64,000 nucleotides of DNA from a candidate division FCPU426 bacterium (GTDB taxonomy: Bacteria > Oederibacteriota > Muellerivitia > Muellerivitales > Muellerivitaceae), in NCBI GenBank assembly GCA_963719085.1, contig CAVRAL010000004.1:832001-896000 (forward strand), given 5' to 3'. A program made the position numbers and the translations under genes. Shown here one piece after another: positions 1 through 10,791 of the stretch. The notes under the pieces were generated by a model, which worked only from the letters and a program-made list of their open reading frames with translations, was not told where the DNA came from and ran no database searches. The first letter of the stretch is position 1; each line of letters opens with the position of its first letter.

Positions 1-1
1 A

Positions 2-673
2 ACCAAAGTGCAGGATCACGAGTTTCCCAAAGAGGCGATCGAGGCCGAAGGATGGAAGGTCGTGTTTCACGGCCAAAAGAGCTACAACGGCGTGGCCTTT
101 CTGTCGAAAGAGCCCCTTCAAGTGCTGGAAAACCGGCTTTATCCCAAGGAGGCCGAGGAACAGGCGCGGTTTTTGACGGTGGACTTCAAGGGCATCCGTC
201 TTATCAATACCTATGTGCCCCAGGGTTTTGATATTGAGTCGGACAAGTACAAATACAAGATGAAGTTTTACGCCGACCTGAAAAAATATTTTGAGAAAAA
301 CATCCCCGACGCGAAGCCGGCCCTTTGGATGGGGGATTTGAACGTGGCGCCGACCGAGATCGACTTGAATAATCCCAAGGGCAATTTGAACCATCCTTGC
401 TACCACATTGACGCGCGCAACGCGTTGAAAGAAGCCATGGGAAGCAAGTGGACGGATTTATTCCGGGAGCAAGTGAAGGAGGGAGGACACTACACGTTTT
501 GGGACATGCGCCAGCCTTCGGCTTTTGATCGAAACCTCGGTTGGCGCATTGATTTTATCTTGGGGACGAAGCCCATGGTCGAGCGCTTAAGCCGGATTTG
601 GATCGATACCAAGCCCCGGGGCTTGGAGCGGCCCTCGGATCACACCTTTTTGGTGGCTGAATTCAAAGTTTGA
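2..673 (+). CDS. xth: Exodeoxyribonuclease III / AP endonuclease (5' partial)
   Basis: Motifs (E)TKVQD, SYNGVA, YVPQG, GDLNVAP, GWRIDFIL and SDH. The frame is open to the window edge. Confidence 0.93.
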   Translation, partial: TKVQDHEFPKEAIEAEGWKVVFHGQKSYNGVAFLSKEPLQVLENRLYPKEAEEQARFLTVDFKGIRLINTYVPQGFDIESDKYKYKMKFYADLKKYFEKNIPDAKPALWMGDLNVAPTEIDLNNPKGNLNHPCYHIDARNALKEAMGSKWTDLFREQVKEGGHYTFWDMRQPSAFDRNLGWRIDFILGTKPMVERLSRIWIDTKPRGLERPSDHTFLVAEFKV

Positions 674-932
674 GCCGCTTTTATCCCTTCGGTGGTGGTT
701 TAAGCCATTCCTAGCCCTATGGCTGGGATTTTTTCGTTCCTTTCCGAGGCCTCTTGTCCCGCAGGGCAATAAAGGTTGAACGTTAATTGACGTCCCGGGT
801 GATTGGGTGGATAATAAGGTTGTAAAAGTGTTGAACCAATAAACTTTTTCCTTTTCCCTCGTGGGGTTGCCGCTCCAAAGGTCGAAACATTTCCATGAAT
901 TTAAAGCTTATTTGGTCAGGGAGCGGCGGGTC

Positions 933-2429
933 ATGAATTTTTTCTCTAAATTCCAATTTTTTCAACGAAAGCCCTCTCAAAAGACGGGCGGCGTTTCCTC
1001 GTCCCACTCTTTTCAGCAAGTCCAAAAAAACATAAAGTCCGGTGAAGGCCAAGCTTTGATCATGGCTGTTATTTTAAGCGTGGTGGCCGCCACCCTCATC
1101 ACGGTGGGCGGAAGGTTCATCCGGGACAGCCTGCGGCAATCCGAGCAGCAACAATTGTATGTGGCCCAAGCCGAGGACATGGCCCGCGCCGGTTTGGTGG
1201 ATACGCTGGGCTGGTTCCGCCGCCAACCGGGAATTGTCCAAGCTTGCGTCACCTGCCAGTTGGGAGCCGTCACCACTTATGGGGCCACCAACGCGATTGG
1301 GGTGACTTGCGGCCAACCGGATGACGCTTTCGCCCCCACCTTGAACGCTTCCGTTTCCGATACGGCTAATCCCGCCATCGGCATCGTGGAAGATATTCCG
1401 CTCGATAGCGCCATCAATACCGCGTCCGTCCATTTCGGCCGCTATGAGGTTCAAGTTCAGCCCAATCCTACGGCCACGGTAGGCGCGACCTTTATCTCCA
1501 ACGCGGTTCATGACACTAGCGGCACCCGGGTTTTGGGATCCATGAACGGCTTGGGCCAGTCCTGGCAGATCACCAGCTCCGCTTATATTTATAAAAGGCT
1601 CGACTACACCACGGGCAGTTATCCCGGTCCTTGGAACAAGGCTTACAACCAAAGTCCCAACGTGATTCTGGCCCGGGCCCGCATGTCGACCGAACTGCGC
1701 AAGATGAGCGTCAACTATCCCTACAACATCACCGCGGGCGTTTTCACGGACAAAGTTTCCAAGGTGAGCCTGGCCAACAACTACTCGCAAATTTCAGGAA
1801 CCTATAACTCTTCCAGCTTGGCCCTGGCGGCCATCGCGAACGGGGCCACGGCCAAAGTGAATCCAACCGGCGCCACCAGCACCAATTTTACGCCTTATAG
1901 TTCCGGCGCGGCCGGAGTCACCGTGATCAGCGGAAGCAACGTAATACCCCTTTCTTCCGACAGCGTTTTTGGCATGTCCTTAAACGACATTCAATTTATC
2001 GCCGACTACACGGGAAGCGCTTCTTCGCCCCTGACCATTGCCAACTCCTGGAAGCTTTCTTATTTCAGCGGCAACCTGACCTATTCGGCCAGCAGCACCC
2101 AAACCTGCTACCAAGGCATCGATACCGAAGGCATTTTGGTGGTGAACGGGAACCTTAGCATGAGCGGCGGCGTTTCCACCGCGATTTACCGGGGCGTCGT
2201 TTATGTGACGGGTAATTTGACCATGGGCGCCAATTCGGAAATTGACGGGGTGGTTTTTATGGGCTCACCCACCTCCACGACCGGCTCGGTTTCGATGACC
2301 GGCAATACGGGACAACAGGCCAGTATTTCTTACGATCCGGACCTGGTCAGCGAGGCCTTGACCAAGGTGGCGGTTTACCGGGAAAACATCAGCCAAAGAC
2401 AAATATTGTTTGGTGTGCCGAATCTTTAG
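933..2429 (+). CDS. PilX/GspK-like minor pilin with large C-terminal domain
   Basis: Basic leader, then G|QALIMAVILSVV hydrophobic helix lacking Glu5, and an 'AEDMARAG' PilX-like segment. C-terminal GILVVNGNL/GVVYVTGNL repeats. ATG 933 follows AGGGAG. Confidence 0.7.
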   Translation: MNFFSKFQFFQRKPSQKTGGVSSSHSFQQVQKNIKSGEGQALIMAVILSVVAATLITVGGRFIRDSLRQSEQQQLYVAQAEDMARAGLVDTLGWFRRQPGIVQACVTCQLGAVTTYGATNAIGVTCGQPDDAFAPTLNASVSDTANPAIGIVEDIPLDSAINTASVHFGRYEVQVQPNPTATVGATFISNAVHDTSGTRVLGSMNGLGQSWQITSSAYIYKRLDYTTGSYPGPWNKAYNQSPNVILARARMSTELRKMSVNYPYNITAGVFTDKVSKVSLANNYSQISGTYNSSSLALAAIANGATAKVNPTGATSTNFTPYSSGAAGVTVISGSNVIPLSSDSVFGMSLNDIQFIADYTGSASSPLTIANSWKLSYFSGNLTYSASSTQTCYQGIDTEGILVVNGNLSMSGGVSTAIYRGVVYVTGNLTMGANSEIDGVVFMGSPTSTTGSVSMTGNTGQQASISYDPDLVSEALTKVAVYRENISQRQILFGVPNL

Positions 2430-2439
2430 GAGAAAAGCC

Positions 2440-5400
2440 ATGAAACGATTAAGTCAAAAAGGTTTCAGCGTGGTGGAATTGGCCATCGCGGTCCTGATCA
2501 TGGGCGTGATGGTGGGAACCATCATGGGAGCCCGCACCTTCATGGCCAAGCAGACCCAAACCAATGCCGACAAGGCTTTCGCCACGGAAAAAGCCATCCA
2601 AATGTTTGAGGAGTTAAAGGCCTTGGCCAGCAGCAGTCAGCAGGGGATCGAGGTTTTGGACTCCTATACCAGCTCCAACTATGACCCGGTTTTGACGACC
2701 GATATCAATGTGGACGCCCCGACCACCGGCGTGGCCAACCCCTTGGATCCGCTGAGCCAGAACAAGGCCTATAGGGGTGGATGGCGTTTTGTGCGCAAGG
2801 TCCTCGTCCAAAATACGGGGGACGATTATACCCGGGTTGTTTATGTGTGGGTTTACGGAGCCATGGGCAATAGTTATACGTCCACCTCTAATTTGCCCCT
2901 TTTGGCCCAAGTGACCGGCATTGTGAGGACGAATAATTCGGTTCAAAGCCCGGCCCAAGTGTTGGATGTTTACCTGCTGGCTGTCCAAAACGTCCAGGGT
3001 TGGTGGTCCCAGGTGGATTCGCTTGAGAGCACCTATACCCAAATCATTAAAGACTTGCAGGACGTCAACAATAGCAGCATTTATATCAGGCCCCATTACA
3101 TCACCCGGCTTTCCTATGGCCGTGATCCCTACTACGCCCCCTATGTCAATGTGAGCCAAAATACGGTGAGCGATCCGGGCGCTTGGGTTTACCTCTATCC
3201 CGGTTCGGTTCCCAACGATTCCAACGTCAACCAGGAATTTTATGAGGGCGATGTGAACGGAGTGCTTCAAGCCGGCAGTTTCAATATCGACGGCACGATT
3301 TTAAACCCCTATTACTCCACCAGCGGCTCGCCCCAAACCATTAACTATTCGGTGGCCGACCAATATGACGATTCCATGCGGTACCCCGCCGAGCTGAACT
3401 TTTATAAAAGCGTGACCCAGGCCGCCGCCACCCAGTGCAACCAGACTTCCCTGGGGGTCACTGAAATCAGCGAACGGATGCTGCTGGATGGGATGAATAG
3501 CACGCCCCAATCCTTCGCCAACGCGCTCATTGTGAACCTGCACGGTGAAATGCTGCCCATGCCATCCATGCGTAATTATTCGGACGCGGCCAAGGATCCG
3601 GGCAACGTGATTTACGGCCATTCCGCGGTGACCCTAAACGGCGTTCCGGTAAGCGTGGCGGCTAAGGACGCGCGCGTGGTCACCCATCCGGAGCTTCTTT
3701 ATTATCCGACCACAGTTGTGAACGCCTCGGTGACCGTGCGGCTGCGCGTATACGCTTATTACGACGGACTGGATAGCTGCGCGGTCACGGGAACCGGCGG
3801 CGTGACCAACGTCAAGACCGGGGATCCCGAATTGCCGGCCATCAGCGTTTTTCTGCCGAACTATTACCTGCCTTACACCAGCGCTTCGACGGGGATGGCC
3901 CTCACGGACGTGAGCGGAAACTCCGCTGTGACTTATAAAGATATTGCCGTGACCTATTTGAGTACCGGAGCGAGCGCCGCGACTTTTGTTTCTTCGCTCA
4001 GTACCGACCCGGTGACCGCCGTGGTCTCCAACCCAACGACCCAAACCACCCTCATCACGCTTTATAACACCCGTCTGCGTTGCCCTTCCGGGCTTAACAA
4101 CACCGGCTTAAACCCCCTGAATCAACTCTACGGGTTGGAATATATCCCTTGCAGCGCGGATGTCACGGCACCGGTGACCACCCTGGCCAATCCGATTACC
4201 TTCACCAACCAGGACCTGTCCAGCACCACCGCCAACGTCCCCAAAAATACCGCCCGTTGGATCTTGCAGTTGAACTCCGTTCCCACGACCCTCTCCACTA
4301 CCGGCAATTGGCAGCCTCCGACCACGGGGAACCAGCCCCTTGTCATTGAAACCCGTATCGGCGCCGGCGTCACCACTTCGTCGGCTGGCGCGTCGTTTTC
4401 GGCGCTTCAGTCGGCGGGCGGCACGATTACGGGAACGACAATTGTAGTGAATGATGTTCCCACCAACGTATCCCAAACTTATGCCTGGCTGGGAACGGTG
4501 CCCCCGCCCTATACCGAACGGTTCCAATACACCGGTGATCCGCGGGATTGTCCTTACTTAGACGTGAAGGTGGGCGGACCGCAGGTATCCGGATTGGTGA
4601 CCATTGGGCCCTGCAGCTACAATTGGTGGTTCAAGGACATCACGAACGGCTCCACGGGTGTGGATGGTTACCTGGGCTTCCTCAATACGACGAACGCTTG
4701 GGCGGTCACGTCAGGGGGCCAAGCCCCCATCGCGATGAATGAGGACGTCCCCCGGTATCTTCAAACCCTCCGCAATGGCCTTTTGGCGACCACCTCGATT
4801 TGGAGCACGATCAACGGTTGGACCAATTACTACATGGGGTTCGGCGGCGAAATCGGTTATGACCAATCGCCTTTTTCCAACAGTGTCAGCTACAACGGTA
4901 CGCCTTGGTCCACCACGAAGACCGCCACCACCCGCACGGTTAATGAGATCGTCACCGAAAGTTGGGCCGGGGCTTCCTTTAAAACCTACAAGCGCATTCC
5001 CGCTAACGTGACCAACGCCGCCGGAGTCAAAACGGACATGTGGTACGCCAAGCCTTGGCTGGGCGAGCTTTATCCTGACAGCCAATTCGGCAGCTTCTGG
5101 TACACCTATGGAAACCTTCCCACGGCGGGAAGCACCCTGGTTGCCTCGTCCTTGAATCCGGTGACCTTTTACCGGGAAGACTCGGCGAATTTTAATAATA
5201 ACGTGTCGACTTACACCACGACCCAAGGTTTCATCAATGGGACCGAGTTGGGGAAATCCCCCGGCGCCTGGGGCTGCCAATCTTTCGGGGGCGGAACTCC
5301 CACCGGATTGACGAACGGCAATACCCTGGAACATGACGGAGGGGCCAATAATACCCAAACCGGAACCATCCTGAGCCTGGGGACAACCTGTTTCAGTATT

Positions 5401-6327
5401 TTTGGGGTGCCCCTTTCCGCTTCGGTCAGCTGTACCCGTCCTTGGGACATCAACTGGTCCGCCACGGGCACTATTTCCAAGCCGCCCGAATGGGGGATGG
5501 CGGTCACCAACAATGGCTACAACAATGGTTATGGAAACCCAACCTCCATGCCGATCACCTTGTCCATTCCGGCGGTCAGCGGAGTCAGCCGGCTCTTTTA
5601 TACTTCGGATGACACCAATTCGGGAGTGTCGAGTTGGAAGGCCACCGGTATTGTTCAAATGACCAACGCGGTCTCCCAAAGGGCCTATGTCCTTGAGAAC
5701 GGGTTGGCCACATCAGCCCAATTCGGTCCGGAACCGCTGGGCAAAACCTCCCTGGTTTTAATGTTGAGGACCTTTTTGGACGGGGGTTTAATGTCCGGGG
5801 TCAGCCAGGTCGGGCACATCACCCAATTGCCCTTGGTCCAGGAGACGACGCCGGAAGAGGCGATCGGCCAATACCAGAATCCTCAGACCATCCATGTGGT
5901 GGTGAGCAGCGCCGTCGCCAATACCACGAATGTCTGGTACCGTTTCGGCGGGTTAACTTCCGCCTCGGGGAATTTTTACACCCAGGAATATCCCGGCTAT
6001 ACCAGTTCCGCCCCGCTGACGGCGAGCACCTACAGCGAAGCCACCAGCCAGCAATTTATCTTGAACTTCAAATACGCCAACGACGCGGCTCCCGCCAGTT
6101 GGTATTACATGAGCAGCGGCGCTCCCATCGCGAGCCAGGCCCAAACGGGCATTGTCAGCTATACCAACGCGGTAACGGTCAGTTCCTTCCCGACGACATT
6201 CGCTTGGAATGTCTCGGATTCGACGACGTTCCCCCAGGCCGATTACGATGTCCGATGCGAGGTTTATCGCCAAGGGCTTCCGCTGCATTACAGTTTCCAC
6301 ACCATTACCTTGACCGTTGACCGTTAG
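2440..6327 (+). CDS. Giant (~1295 aa) prepilin-type N-methylation domain protein, probable pilus-tip adhesin
   Basis: MKRLSQKG|FSVVELAIAVLIMG class III signal with Glu5. RBS AGGAG before ATG 2440. The remainder is T/S/N/G-rich. Confidence 0.8.
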   Translation: MKRLSQKGFSVVELAIAVLIMGVMVGTIMGARTFMAKQTQTNADKAFATEKAIQMFEELKALASSSQQGIEVLDSYTSSNYDPVLTTDINVDAPTTGVANPLDPLSQNKAYRGGWRFVRKVLVQNTGDDYTRVVYVWVYGAMGNSYTSTSNLPLLAQVTGIVRTNNSVQSPAQVLDVYLLAVQNVQGWWSQVDSLESTYTQIIKDLQDVNNSSIYIRPHYITRLSYGRDPYYAPYVNVSQNTVSDPGAWVYLYPGSVPNDSNVNQEFYEGDVNGVLQAGSFNIDGTILNPYYSTSGSPQTINYSVADQYDDSMRYPAELNFYKSVTQAAATQCNQTSLGVTEISERMLLDGMNSTPQSFANALIVNLHGEMLPMPSMRNYSDAAKDPGNVIYGHSAVTLNGVPVSVAAKDARVVTHPELLYYPTTVVNASVTVRLRVYAYYDGLDSCAVTGTGGVTNVKTGDPELPAISVFLPNYYLPYTSASTGMALTDVSGNSAVTYKDIAVTYLSTGASAATFVSSLSTDPVTAVVSNPTTQTTLITLYNTRLRCPSGLNNTGLNPLNQLYGLEYIPCSADVTAPVTTLANPITFTNQDLSSTTANVPKNTARWILQLNSVPTTLSTTGNWQPPTTGNQPLVIETRIGAGVTTSSAGASFSALQSAGGTITGTTIVVNDVPTNVSQTYAWLGTVPPPYTERFQYTGDPRDCPYLDVKVGGPQVSGLVTIGPCSYNWWFKDITNGSTGVDGYLGFLNTTNAWAVTSGGQAPIAMNEDVPRYLQTLRNGLLATTSIWSTINGWTNYYMGFGGEIGYDQSPFSNSVSYNGTPWSTTKTATTRTVNEIVTESWAGASFKTYKRIPANVTNAAGVKTDMWYAKPWLGELYPDSQFGSFWYTYGNLPTAGSTLVASSLNPVTFYREDSANFNNNVSTYTTTQGFINGTELGKSPGAWGCQSFGGGTPTGLTNGNTLEHDGGANNTQTGTILSLGTTCFSIFGVPLSASVSCTRPWDINWSATGTISKPPEWGMAVTNNGYNNGYGNPTSMPITLSIPAVSGVSRLFYTSDDTNSGVSSWKATGIVQMTNAVSQRAYVLENGLATSAQFGPEPLGKTSLVLMLRTFLDGGLMSGVSQVGHITQLPLVQETTPEEAIGQYQNPQTIHVVVSSAVANTTNVWYRFGGLTSASGNFYTQEYPGYTSSAPLTASTYSEATSQQFILNFKYANDAAPASWYYMSSGAPIASQAQTGIVSYTNAVTVSSFPTTFAWNVSDSTTFPQADYDVRCEVYRQGLPLHYSFHTITLTVDR

Positions 6328-6337
6328 GAAGACCGGC

Positions 6338-7480
6338 ATGCTCTTTCGAAAATCAGGAAAACTTACCTCCCGGGGCCAGACCATGATCGAACTGATGATC
6401 ATCGTCGGCATCATGGGGGTCATCACCCCTTCGGTCATCTTGATCTTCATCAAGATGCGCCAGGGTATGGCCGCCGACGAGATGCATCTGCGCCTGCAAA
6501 CCTTGAATGAACAGACCTTGGGGCGCATCCACGAAAGGATCATCCAGTCCCGGCATGTTTTTCAGGGGTCGGTGACCAGCACCAATTCCTCGGGGACTTC
6601 CTTCGCGAACGCCATTTCCATTCAAAGCGGGGATCCCGCCACCTTGGTCGGTTCCCAGATGGCGATCGCGCAAACCATCGCCACGGGAAGTTTGTCCCCC
6701 GCCGAAGGCGCGACCCCCGCCTTTTTCGGAGACTGCCTTTTGATGGGATGTTACGACACGTCCCAGACCATTTATAAATCGGGAGCGGCGACCGCTTATC
6801 TGGCCCCCGTCAGTGTTTCGGGCGCGGGGGTCAGCCAACAAGTCGTGAACGCCGGGGTGACTTCCAACTTGCCTGTAACGGTGGTTTTGGACGCCTACCG
6901 CTTTTATTATTATTACCTTTCCACCAAGGGCGTCCGACAGGTCAAAAACGCCACCGATTACAATTTGACCGAATGGCAAAGCGTCCAATACGCCGATTAC
7001 CGGGAATTGGCCGATATTCCCGATACCAATCTTCAAACTGAGGCGGCCAGCTGGCTGGCAAATCCGCCGACCGCGTCAGGGTACAAAGCCATTACGGTGG
7101 CTTGGGACCCCGACGCGGAGGATCCCACCCAGGCTTTTTATTCGCTCAGCAGCGCGGGCATCGGAAGCGTTTTGACGTCCTACAAAATTTTGGAGGCCCA
7201 ACCGGCGGTCAACCTAACGCAAATTTCTTCCGGGATCCTCAGCGGCGGTTTTAATTACGGCGTGGCCGGGAACACAGCTGGATTCGTGGGAAGCGCCGCG
7301 GTGCCACTCTACGGCACGGCTTCAGGTGTTTTCCCGGGAGGATTTGAGATCGGCATGTCGGGGTCGGGGACCGGGCTGGAAGTTTTGGTCCGAGAGCTGC
7401 TGATCGCCTCCGGCGCCACCGGCACGGGCGGGACTTGGAACGACAACACCATGGTCACCAACGCCCGCGACGTTTGGTAA
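6338..7480 (+). CDS. PilW/GspJ-like minor pilin
   Basis: Basic leader, then G|QTMIELMIIVGIMG prepilin motif. Coupled to the upstream gene. Confidence 0.75.
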   Translation: MLFRKSGKLTSRGQTMIELMIIVGIMGVITPSVILIFIKMRQGMAADEMHLRLQTLNEQTLGRIHERIIQSRHVFQGSVTSTNSSGTSFANAISIQSGDPATLVGSQMAIAQTIATGSLSPAEGATPAFFGDCLLMGCYDTSQTIYKSGAATAYLAPVSVSGAGVSQQVVNAGVTSNLPVTVVLDAYRFYYYYLSTKGVRQVKNATDYNLTEWQSVQYADYRELADIPDTNLQTEAASWLANPPTASGYKAITVAWDPDAEDPTQAFYSLSSAGIGSVLTSYKILEAQPAVNLTQISSGILSGGFNYGVAGNTAGFVGSAAVPLYGTASGVFPGGFEIGMSGSGTGLEVLVRELLIASGATGTGGTWNDNTMVTNARDVW

Positions 7481-7513
7481 GCTTCGTTTTCTCCTTTTCC
7501 CTTAAGAGGTCTT

Positions 7514-7843
7514 ATGGCGGATGATTTAGCCCAAAAGCGTTGCGTCCCTTGCGAGGGCGGCACGAAGCCCTTGCCCCCAGAGCAAATCCAAACGTATCTG
7601 AAGCGCTTGCCCGGATGGGTTTTGGCCAAGGACGAGATCGTGAAGACCTATTCCTTCAAAAATTTTCATGAAACCATGGGCTTCGTCAACGCGGTCGCCT
7701 TTATCGCGAACCGCGAGGACCATCATCCCGAAATGGAAGTGGCCTACAAGACCTGTCAGGTGCGCTACAGCACCCACGCCATCGGCGGCCTCTCAGAAAA
7801 CGACTTTATTTGCGCCGCTAAAATTGAGGCCCTTCTTAAATAA
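7514..7843 (+). CDS. phhB: Pterin-4-alpha-carbinolamine dehydratase
   Basis: Motifs CVPCEGG, EDHHP and THAIGGLSENDFICAAKI. Confidence 0.93.
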   Translation: MADDLAQKRCVPCEGGTKPLPPEQIQTYLKRLPGWVLAKDEIVKTYSFKNFHETMGFVNAVAFIANREDHHPEMEVAYKTCQVRYSTHAIGGLSENDFICAAKIEALLK

Positions 7844-7896
7844 ATTTAACCTCTCCCGCTGGCCTTATGGGCCGACCAAGCGGAACATAATTAATG

Positions 7897-8037
7897 TGTC
7901 ATTGCGAGGAGCGTCTTTCGTGGGTTTTAGCGACGAAGCAATTCCAGTTTATGGCTTTCGATGCGCTGAAAGATTTAGACCCAAACAACCCATAAACTGA
8001 GATTGCTTTGTCACGAAGTTCGTTCCTCGCAATGACA
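7897..8037. repeat. Long palindromic REP/RPE-like element
   Basis: Outer arms TGTCATTGCGAGGA / TCCTCGCAATGACA. Inner arms CAGTTTATGG / CCATAAACTG. Confidence 0.8.
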
Positions 8038-8149
8038 AATTAGACAATAAGTTTTTTTTATTGGAAGCCCAATTTAAGGCTGTAACTTTCAGGCTCACCC
8101 AGCCTTATATTCCAAAGTCGTCAGCCGTTCAAAATGTCCCGGAGGTTTT

Positions 8150-10024
8150 ATGCCGTCACCGACCATTACCGAATCTTCCGCCGGGTTGACCCTGGAGGAG
8201 TTTTTAAAACGCTATCCCTGGCCCGACGAGTGGCTTCAAAAGGGAAAGCCCATGCATTTTTTTTGGAAGTTCGACCTTCCGGTCTCCGTCGAAAAACTTT
8301 GGCCGCACCTGACCGACCTGTCTACCTTCAACCGCCGGGTGGGATTGGGCGCCATGCGTTTCACGGAAAAAAACGGCAAGCTCCAGGGCTTCGCGGTGAA
8401 TGTGGGAACCCGCATGGTCTGGGAAGAAGTTCCCTGGGAATGGGAATACGGGAAAGAATTCAGCCACGCCCGCGTGTACAGCGAGGGGCTTCCTTACTAT
8501 ATGAGGGCCCGTTATCTTTTTGAGCCGACCCAGTCCGGCCATTGCCGCTTGACGGTTTATCTATCCTGGATTCCCCGGGGATTTAAGGCCAAGCTTCTCA
8601 TTAACATCGGCTTAAAACAAATCCGCAAGGGCTATGAAAAGGCCCTGAAAGAAATCGTCCAATCGATCCAAACGGACGCCATCCTTCGCCCGCCGCCCGC
8701 GCCCATCAAGCTGACCGCCGATGGAAAAGAGCGTTTGAAAAATATGGCGAAGGGTTTGACCGAAAAAGGCCTGTCCGCCGGTTTGGCCGAGCGCTTGGTT
8801 CAATATGTGGAGACCGCCTCCGACGATGATATTTACCGCATCCGGGTCAAACCCCTGGCCCGGGAATGGAATATTCCCGAGCGGGAAGTTTTGACCGGCT
8901 TTCTTTGGGGAACCCGCCAAGGACTTTTCAAACTCACCTGGGACGTCATCTGCCCCCATTGCCGGGGCGTGCGCAATGAGGTGAGCACCCTGGGTGAACT
9001 CCCGAAGCGCGGAAGTTGTGAGGCCTGCCAGGTTAACTTTGACGCCACCACCTTCAACGCCCTGGAAGTCACTTTCCACGCGCACCCTTCGGTGCGGGTG
9101 GTGGAAAAACAAGTGTTTTGCGCCGCCGAGCCCGGCAAAAAGCCCCATATCAAGATGCAAAAGACCCTGAAGCCGGAAGATCAGTTAAGTTTGGGAACGC
9201 TGTTGGGTTCGGGCCGCTACCGTCTTCGCATCATTGGAAAAGACATTTATAACCTGTTGGATGTGGACGCCCAAGCCCAGGGCACCGAAGTGAAATGGGA
9301 TGATTCGCTCAGCCAGCAAAACCTCAAAAGCGCCTACTTTCCGACTTTGCTCCTCAAAAACAACGCGGGCCAAGCCAATACTTTTATTTTGGAAGAAAGC
9401 CAAATCGACCAGGACACCTTAAGACCGGTGGACCTGTTTAACTTCCAAAATTTCAGGGATCTTTTCTCGCAGGAAGCCCTGGCGTCCGATCTCAAATTAG
9501 AAATCGGCGTCCAGACCATTCTGTTTACCGATCTGGTGGGTTCTACCAAGTTTTACGAGGTTGAGGGCGACACGGTGGCCTTTACGGAGGTGAAAGAGCA
9601 TTTCAACAAGGCTTACGCCACGGTCTTGAAGCATGACGGCGTCATTGTGAAGACCATCGGCGACGCGGTCATGGCGGCTTTCGCCCACCAGGTTGACGCG
9701 GTGAAGGCGGCCATCGAGCTTCAGCGCTTTTTCAACGACAAAAACCCCGCCACCCGCCTGCGTTTACGGGTGACGCTTAACACCGGTTCCTGCCTGGCGG
9801 TGAACCTGAACAGCAATATCGATTATTTCGGGAATACGGTGAACTTGGCGGCCAAGATCCAGTCGATGGCCGGCGCGGGCGAGATCGCCTTCACCGAAAA
9901 CGTGCTCAACGATCCCGAGCTTCAAAAGCTGATCCAAGACGAGAATATACATTTGGAAAAGCTGGAGTTTGAGATGAAGTGGGCGAAGCGCACGATCCCG
10001 CTTTATCGTCTGAGGGTGGGGTAA
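8150..10024 (+). CDS. Class III adenylate/guanylate cyclase with SRPBCC-like N-terminus and DUF5939-like Zn-ribbon region
   Basis: Cyclase motifs ILFTDLVGST, VKTIGDAVMA and DYFGNTVNLAA. CPHC...CEAC pair in the middle. Confidence 0.85.
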   Translation: MPSPTITESSAGLTLEEFLKRYPWPDEWLQKGKPMHFFWKFDLPVSVEKLWPHLTDLSTFNRRVGLGAMRFTEKNGKLQGFAVNVGTRMVWEEVPWEWEYGKEFSHARVYSEGLPYYMRARYLFEPTQSGHCRLTVYLSWIPRGFKAKLLINIGLKQIRKGYEKALKEIVQSIQTDAILRPPPAPIKLTADGKERLKNMAKGLTEKGLSAGLAERLVQYVETASDDDIYRIRVKPLAREWNIPEREVLTGFLWGTRQGLFKLTWDVICPHCRGVRNEVSTLGELPKRGSCEACQVNFDATTFNALEVTFHAHPSVRVVEKQVFCAAEPGKKPHIKMQKTLKPEDQLSLGTLLGSGRYRLRIIGKDIYNLLDVDAQAQGTEVKWDDSLSQQNLKSAYFPTLLLKNNAGQANTFILEESQIDQDTLRPVDLFNFQNFRDLFSQEALASDLKLEIGVQTILFTDLVGSTKFYEVEGDTVAFTEVKEHFNKAYATVLKHDGVIVKTIGDAVMAAFAHQVDAVKAAIELQRFFNDKNPATRLRLRVTLNTGSCLAVNLNSNIDYFGNTVNLAAKIQSMAGAGEIAFTENVLNDPELQKLIQDENIHLEKLEFEMKWAKRTIPLYRLRVG

Positions 10025-10036
10025 TTAGGGAAGTGG

Positions 10037-10708
10037 TCAGGAGCGGTTTTTTGATTTTCCCGGGGCTGGCGCCTTTTTTCGTTTGGACCCCATGAGGGCC
10101 TTGGCAATCTGTACGAAGGTTGGAATCAGTGACACGAAAATGATCCCCAAGACTACCGTTTCAAAATGCCGGCCCACCCAGGGTAGATTTCCGAACAAGT
10201 ATCCCGATCCAATGCACAGCAGGGTCCAGGAAAGGACTCCGGCTAGGTTGAAGCGGGTGAATTTCCCATAGGTCATTTCCCCGACCCCCGCCACGAAGGG
10301 CGCGAAGGTCCGGAAGATGGGCGCGAACTGGAAAAGAACCAGCGTCTGCACTCCATGCTTCTCGTAGATCTGATGGGTTTTTTCCAAGTACTTACGGTTC
10401 ACGAATTTCCCGAAGACATTTTCCCCGAAGAGGCGGCCGATCCAGTAATTGCTGTGGTCCCCCAAAAGGGCGGCCACCGTTAGCAGCGCCCAGGAAAATC
10501 CTACGTTCAACTGGGCGGAGGCGGAAAGGGCGCCCACGGCGAAAAGCAGGGAGTCTCCGGGCAAAATCGGCGTCACCACCAAACCGGTCTCGCAAAAAAT
10601 GATCCCGAAAAGGATGGCGTAAATCATCACCCCATAAGTTTGGATGAGATCGGGTAAATACTGGTTTAAGTGCAAGATATGGCTCAGCAGGGTGTGAAGG
10701 GATTCCAT
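10037..10708 (-). CDS. dedA: DedA family membrane protein
   Basis: Motifs FCETGLVVTPILPGDSLLF and RTFAPFVAG. Confidence 0.9.
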   Translation of the reverse strand: MESLHTLLSHILHLNQYLPDLIQTYGVMIYAILFGIIFCETGLVVTPILPGDSLLFAVGALSASAQLNVGFSWALLTVAALLGDHSNYWIGRLFGENVFGKFVNRKYLEKTHQIYEKHGVQTLVLFQFAPIFRTFAPFVAGVGEMTYGKFTRFNLAGVLSWTLLCIGSGYLFGNLPWVGRHFETVVLGIIFVSLIPTFVQIAKALMGSKRKKAPAPGKSKNRS

Positions 10709-10791
10709 GGAATTTCCTTTTGAGGATTTATATGGTTGAAAACCGCCGATATCTTACCAGGAAAACAAAAAATGGAAGGGCCGCAACCGGC

